DNA from: Ginkgo biloba
Lineage: Eukaryota; Plantae; Ginkgophyta
DNA: 18,690 nt
Assembly: GCA_024626585.2 (NCBI GenBank)
Contig: JANKJI020000004.1
Span: 156,776,568 to 156,795,257 of the forward strand
Direction: 5' to 3'
Numbering within the stretch: position 1 is the first letter of the stretch; each line of letters starts with the position of its first letter. Positions 12,310 through 18,690 of this stretch are shown in pieces. The notes beneath the pieces are model-generated. The model ran no database searches and was not told where the DNA came from. It saw nothing but the letters and a program-made list of their open reading frames with translations. The position numbers were made by a program, and so were the translations under genes.

Positions 12310-13471
12310 AAGAATACATTCCCCATTTAGTCATAAAATTAGTCTTTGGTTTATCTTCCTAAAAAATTTATACCTAATTATACCCATTGAATATATCTAT
12401 AAAATATTATTCCTCATAACCAGTTTCTTTCTCTAGTATGTCCTCTATGAAAGGTAAGGGAAAGGGGTCCTTCTTTGTGACTTTTTTTAACACTATATAA
12501 TCTATATAGACTCTAATTTTCCTATTTTTCTTTCAAATAATTACTACATGTTTTAACCATTTATTATTTTTAGTCTCATAAATGTATCCCACATTTGTTC
12601 CATAGATAACATCTTCTATATATCCACTTGCACCTAAACCTTTACCACAGGATTCATTTATTAGGGTATTTATTTCATTGACTTATCTCTTACTAACTCA
12701 ATTTCATAAACCCTTATAGAGGGAGGAATCCCCTTCAAGTTCTTATAATCTTATACAAAGACATCCCTAAATTCTTTCAAATATTTTCTTCACCTAAGTA
12801 AATATCATTACATCCTAGTAATATTATATAGTTATTTTCTTGGGTTTGATGTCAGTAACCACATAAAACTATTTATTCTTTAATTTCCATCTATTTTATA
12901 GATTTCCACTAGCTACTTGGTAATTTATGATTTGGTCAATTTTTTTATTCTCATGATTGACCTCAAAATATTCCTTAGGGAATTTTCCACATTCTTGCTC
13001 TTCCTATTCTTTATTTGTCTCAAATATTATTGAGTTTACTCTAGCTATGAATGAGACAACCATCTCTTTCACTATTGAGGTGGCCTTATAGAACATAATA
13101 TAGGTTTTAAGAATTGATTTCTAAAGAAATTCCTAAGTCACCACTTGTTGAACAAGTGAGACCATACACTCTTATCAATACTGTATCTTATACTATATTG
13201 ATTCCTTAAATTGGTTTTTCCATTCAAAATTGGTATTGGCAGATGATGAGTATCCTCAAAGAATTAACCAAATCACCTCTCAAACTCTATGCAACTTCCA
13301 AATTGAAGGAAGTATGCTAGGAACCACTCTAGGGATAGTCCTACCAATTTTGAACATAACTTCGTCCTTACTTCAGTCCACTCCATAAATTTTTCTTCCT
13401 TCCAATTCATCAACTAGTCTACAACATTTATCTTAAGATCACTTCTAACCACTAATCACTTAGTTCTCCTG
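12308..13471 (-). mobile_element. Ty3/Gypsy LTR retrotransposon pol relic (RT N-terminal part plus upstream pol), probably non-chromovirus (Athila/Tat-like)
   Basis: Minus strand ~12780-12308 reads KEFRDVFV*DYKNLKGIPPSIRVYEIEL...MNP...GYIYE...W...KKNRKIRVYIDYIVLKKVTKKDPFPLPFIEDILE...GYN*V*IF*EDKPKTNFMTKWGMYSY, matching Gypsy RT N-terminal motifs (LRVCIDY, KDxFPLP, GYNQ, DxxKT.F.T.WG.Y). It has many stops and frameshifts. Assignment of 12780-13471 is by contiguity only. Confidence 0.88.
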
Positions 13472-13571
13472 NNNNNNNNNNNNNNNNNNNNNNNNNNNNN
13501 NNNNNNNNNNNNNNNNNNNNNNNNNNNNNNNNNNNNNNNNNNNNNNNNNNNNNNNNNNNNNNNNNNNNNNN

Positions 13572-15094
13572 GCATAATAAAAAATGTAGTACACACATCC
13601 CTAAACACAGGACACCCACACACTAGCAAAATATATTTTTATTATGTCTTTGTTTACATTACATCACACTATATCATTAAGATATTTCACCAAACACATA
13701 ATGCATATGCTAAATAAAATACTTAAACAACTCAATCTTCTCAATTGTTGGTCATATGCACTCTTCTAGTGACTAGGCTCTAATACCCAAAAGAAAGGAT
13801 TTCAATACAAATTATAGAATGGTTAAATTTGCTAAATTTTTTTTAAACATCATTATGAAAAAATTCTCATTGATTTCTTACACCACTTACATAACTTCTC
13901 ACAATGTATTCAATCCTTCCAGTCTACTCACACACGATGTGTCATGTGCGTTCTAATCAATTAATGTGTTGGCTTGATGCAACCTCCACGTTTTACAAAT
14001 TGGTCTTTCACCTTTGACAAAGGTTCTCTGTCAGTTCTCTATTAAGGCGTTCCATTTTTCAATCATCATAGTAACTCGTGTGATAGTACTCCACCTCCAC
14101 AACATATAACATGCTTAACAATGCCACTAAGACTAACCAAAACAAACTTAGTTATGTTGTCATACCTTCATTACCTTAAATCAAACTCTATGAATACCTT
14201 CATTACAACATTGTACGTAATTTTGAGATGTATAAGAAAATTCTATAAGAAATAACTTCATATAAAACTAGAAATAAATTACATCTGGCTTATCAAAAGA
14301 CGTGGCACTTAGAGAAAATATAGACATTCATAATAATTGAAGATTAACTATTAAGGAAGAGAAGGTGTTGCCAAAGATAAGCAGTTAATATAGCTTTTGG
14401 AGTGATGGTGCCAAATATCATATGACATTGATGGAGATATTACCATAGGTTCTATGGAGAGAACAAACATATGGGAATATTAAAGTAGTAAAACTTATAT
14501 TCTAGGTACTACTCCTATTTCAAATATGACTTAATGTGTCCTTAAATATAATGTACTTGATTTTTCACATGAGTAACAACTCCTTTCTTTTTGTAAGGAA
14601 AGCACAACAAATAAATCAAGATAATGTGGGTGTTGTATGAAATTACAATAATGAAATTAGTAAAAAATAAAAAAAAATAGTTAAAAACAAATTTGCTAAG
14701 AATAAGTGTAAAAGAATTCAATTAAATTTAATCCAATCACATTTTACAATGTTTTAAAGTGTTTACCTATTACTTTGAATAATATATGGTTTAATTTATT
14801 TTTCCAAAATTACTTTAATGATGTTAATGAAAAATAGCCCTTTGCATGGAAATAATTATCACCTGCACAATTACAAAGCATTTCTCTAAATCTCACAATT
14901 AGAGATATTGGGACAACCTATGAATTAATACTTCTCATAATTTATTTAGATATATTCCTTCAAATTATTTATAACTTTGAATAGTTAGAATATATCATTA
15001 TAATTCATCAACAACTATCATTTTCTCAAGACCTCATAGACCACATGGTGTTTGGAATACCAGTTGAGGTTCTAGAGAACAATTTTAAATAAGT
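13572..15094. repeat. Repeat A copy 4 (longest, ~1.5 kb)
   Basis: Contains all blocks seen in copies 1-3, in the same orientation. Confidence 0.92.
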
Positions 15095-15235
15095 GTATTA
15101 TGGGGAACAAATGTTCTCCTCCCAACTCAATCAAAATGACTGGCCCAAAATTTAGTAGGAATAGGGTTATTCCCTAGAGTACCTCAAATGCATGTATGTA
15201 TATGTGTTTCATGTGTTATAGTGAAAAGGTGATTC
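15094..15235. mobile_element. Possible LTR terminus interrupting repeat A copy 4
   Basis: At the point where copy 3/4 homology ends, the sequence starts TGTATTATGGGG and carries short hairpins (ggggaacaaatgttctcc; ggaatagggttattcc). It runs into a gap. Confidence 0.25.
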
Positions 15236-17421
15236 NNNNNNNNNNNNNNNNNNNNNNNNNNNNNNNNNNNNNNNNNNNNNNNNNNNNNNNNNNNNNNNNN
15301 NNNNNNNNNNNNNNNNNNNNNNNNNNNNNNNNNNNGGAATGATGATAATAAGGCATGATCCACAACTGAATTATATTCCACTCTTCCACTTGTCACAAAA
15401 ATAAACCCTATAAATTCTTACATACCCTATTTGTCCTTAAATATTTGAGCCTCAAATATTAAGCCTCCCAAAATCTTGCATATTATTATTTTCCTTCCAT
15501 CATTGAACCTCAAACAATTGACTTAGGAATTATAAGTTCTTTAAGATGAAAGTCATGTCATTCATTCATCAACTCAAGTGTGGTCTTCCTATCAATTCAT
15601 CAAGGGAATTCCTAATAAAACACTAGTGCTTTTTAAGCATACTATATCACAAAATCATCTCTAACAAAAGAACTCTTAGTGATTACAAATCTTGATCACT
15701 CTCCTCAATGTTTCTGTAATTAATCTCATTGACCAATGTACACAAAACTAAGTACTTTTACGTGCCACTTTTATCAAAATAGATGAAACCTTTCCATCCT
15801 CCACCTAGTTTAGGAAACTAAAGAGAACATCCCTATAAAGTCTCTTACCCTCAATATTGGTAAAATTAATTGAAGAATCTTTCCCCTTCAAAGTNNNNNN
15901 NNNNNNNNNNNNNNNNNNNNNNNNNNNNNNNNNTGGTGTAGTGGTTTTGGTGCTTCTACTAAAATTTAATTCTTCTTATTAACCCTCCTCTTTATGTTTC
16001 CTTCCTTGCTCAAAGAAGTGGTTGAATAACTAGATAGATTAGTTACTTATATGATAAACTTTGAGAATCCTCCACATTAGCTTTCTCATAAGAATATACT
16101 CTCTTAGCTTCAACATAAGAGGCAACCCCATGGACCTATTAAATATTATACATGTATGAATCATGTCTCATATCTTATCNNNNNNNNNNNNNNNNNNNNN
16201 NNNNNNNNNNNNNTATTTCTTCATCATCTAATACATGTTTTATGATTTTATTTTATTATTATGGTTTCCACATGAAAATCCAAATCATAGTTATTCATTA
16301 GAATAGGATTTTATTAGTTTTGACCCTTCATCATTTATTATATAACAAGATCCATAAGGTGGAAAGTCCCTTCCTTGTTTAATTTTATAGTATTTAATAT
16401 ATAAAAATAAGAAAATACAATGTGAGTNNNNNNNNNNNNNNNNNNNNNNNNNNNNNNNNNNNNNNNNNNNNNNNNNNNNNNNNNNNNNNNNNNNNNNNNN
16501 NNNNNNNNNNNNNNNNNNNNNNNNNNNTTTACCCAAAGTTTCAAGTGAGTGTGAAGTGATATTAAATTATACAAACATAATGATATAGATGTTACCATAA
16601 AGTGTGGATAAAATTACTTCATTGTATCATAGAAATCGAACATGTTCATTTTGAAGATAAATAAATAAATAAGTTCACAATGCACCCTACGAGTAAGCTT
16701 CATGATATAAAAGGTCTATAACCTTATTATTCAATCCAATTTCCACATACATGAACTTTTATTTATTTATAATAATTAAATTCATATACAAATCCATCAT
16801 CTGAAGTATGACATTATCATTTTCAACCTTTCTAAATTGGACCCTGAAAGAGGGGTTGCCAACAACCAGTTAGTGATTGAAATATTCATCATTGTAAATC
16901 TTAAGTTGACTGCAAATATATTTAAAAGTATTGTAGATCATAAGGAAATACACAAGTGTATATACATATCCCTCCTCAATCTTAAACAAAGAAGTTCCAT
17001 CTTTGCCTGCAACAACAAAAAAAAATTCCTGACTTAGAGTCATCATGGATGGCCCATGTAATGGATTGAACATAAATAGTTTCCATAGCTATCTCAACCT
17101 TCACATATTCTCCCACTTCAACTATGCCCTTCTTCCCTCAATAAATCATGAAGATCATTATAATCCTAGGTGAAATATCAAATCGCTCCTAAACAACATA
17201 CATTGGGGATGTATTGTTACACATTTTTAAGGTCTGTCCATAAATGATATGCCAAGTTAATTGATTTTGGCATGGGGGGGGGGATTTTAAATCTATTATT
17301 CACCAAGTTGGCACAATATTCACAAGATATGATAGGCCCATTCACCATGTTGTGCATTAAGACTGCCCAAGTAGTCAAGGGTTAAGGAGAAGGAGGGGGC
17401 AAGGTACCTAGGATGGAGCAC

Positions 17422-17453
17422 CCAACAACTCGCATTTAATTGCAAGTTGTTGG
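17422..17453. other. 32-bp near-perfect palindrome/hairpin
   Basis: ccaacaactcgca-tttaat-tgcaagttgttgg; 12 of 13 stem pairs match. Confidence 0.8.
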
Positions 17454-17471
17454 TTGTAGAGATGACTCTAG

Positions 17472-18161
17472 ATTAGTTCCATATTATTGCAATTTTACGA
17501 GAAATTAAATAATAATAGGCAAGTAAAATTCAAATATAGAAACATTAATTGAGCATAAAATTAATGTGTGTGGGTAAATAAATTGTTGACAATATAATAA
17601 AATATTTATATATTTCTATGGCCAAGATAGAGAAGCCATAGATAAAGGAAATCCTTAGAAAAAATTAAAATATCAACTTTCATAGTACTAATTGGGTTAT
17701 CCCTTTATAAAATATAATGCTTATTGGTGTGGTCAAACTTCATCATATATTATATGATTTATTTTGTTTTCTATTATGTATTATACTCAAATGTCATTTA
17801 TGTCTTATCTATCAACAACATGACCACATAGTTAAGTATTGTTGTCATCCTCTCACATAGGGCTCAACAATATGTCCTAGTTTCTATCAACTTTGATCTT
17901 ATTGAAATTACCTTATTGATTAATATTCGAGTTATTAGCGCAAGAGGATGAGTGATTCATCCTTTCTTCCATCAAGTATTTACTTGGTTCCTTACTTTAT
18001 TCTTAGTTTGTTTTCACTATTCCAATTTATTTTCACTATTCCAACCTTTATTTTTACTACTGCATCCATGTATTAGTCAATAGTAGCAACTCTATCACAC
18101 TTATTCATTTCTTTTTTAGGTTAACATATAATTTCTAACAATATCAACTACATTCATTTAT
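17472..18161. repeat. Repeat B copy 2 (with internal ~19-bp tandem duplication at ~18011-18044)
   Basis: Diverged direct repeat of 11643-12309. ttttcactattccaa occurs twice in tandem here but only once in copy 1. Confidence 0.9.
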
Positions 18162-18690
18162 GAACTTTGCACCATATAATAGTATAGTAATATCTAGCCC
18201 ATAAATGGCTAGATGAACCATCATCATTATATTTCTAATTTATAATATTTTTCTACATTCCCAAAATTGGTTCACTTAGAAGCATTTAATTTTTAAGTAC
18301 ATTAATGAATGGCATAGACTTATTCATTTAATAAAACTTGTATTCTCATATTATAAGCATTTATCATCAATGTCTACCCAATTATAAACCAGCTAGAACA
18401 ATTTAGTATCTTAGTACTAAATAAAAAAACTAAGCCTCATTCTACCTCTCTAAACTTGTCCTTAATGAAATCTTCTAATTTAGATAGAATCATAATAATT
18501 TTAGGGTGAAATTTATGAGAGGAAATGGAGCATGTATTATAATCATATTTATGAAATTGGAATTAATAAATAAATTAGGAACTTTTAACAATGAACAAAG
18601 GACCTATTTATGCAACCATAGTTTTAAAACTAATTTATTTAATCAAATATACAATATTGGAAGAAAAATATTTCAACAATCTCATGGTAA

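Larger units (their letters stand above)
1276..16527. other. Assembly gaps: 100-N at 1276, 2487, 4148, 6542, 7981, 10151, 13472, 15236, 16428; shorter at 15895-15933 and 16180-16213
   Basis: N runs are directly visible. Uniform 100-N runs usually denote gaps of unknown size. Confidence 0.99.

Noticed and set aside
12098-12436. 112-aa hydrophobic plus-strand ORF
   Set aside because: It spans the repeat B/Gypsy junction antisense to RT, and its F/I/L/Y composition reflects T-rich DNA.
15336-16179. Possible LINE ORF1-like relic on the minus strand
   Set aside because: It looks like decayed coding sequence but has no diagnostic motif I can support.
1247-16598. ORFs containing X runs (1247, 2385, 2414, 10131, 15184, 16291, 16338)
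   Set aside because: Their length is an artefact of N gaps.
17274-17283. G10 run
   Set aside because: An isolated homopolymer with no supporting structure.
11643-18161. Repeat B pair as the two LTRs of one retrotransposon
   Set aside because: No TG...CA termini, PBS, PPT or TSD are visible. The interior is a mosaic, and the RT abuts the repeat mid-domain.
1-18690. CRISPR array, tRNA/rRNA genes or prokaryotic operon
   Set aside because: There is no short regularly spaced repeat-spacer structure, no recognisable RNA gene and no dense ORF packing. The content is plant nuclear repetitive DNA.

Overview
AT-rich, CpG-depleted eukaryotic draft scaffold with nine 100-N gaps and two shorter gaps. 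It is plant-like, and the heavy C->T decay and repeat style suggest a large-genome plant, possibly a gymnosperm (inference). I see no intact protein-coding gene. The only recognisable host gene is an intronless CIP8-like RING-H2 E3 ubiquitin ligase on the minus strand (~10476-11392). It is disabled by two in-frame TAA stops and a frameshifting deletion, although all eight RING ligands survive. The rest is decayed repetitive DNA: a Ty1/Copia gag-protease relic (~7210-7980, -), a Ty3/Gypsy pol/RT relic (~12308-13471, -), a decayed coiled-coil ORF (1-805, -), four diverged copies of a ~1.0-1.5 kb repeat A, two copies of a ~0.68 kb repeat B, and a 111-bp tandem duplication. The least explained signal is that repeat A, and probably B, hides decayed minus-strand exons of a protein I cannot recognise. 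I cannot support a functional novel system from this window.
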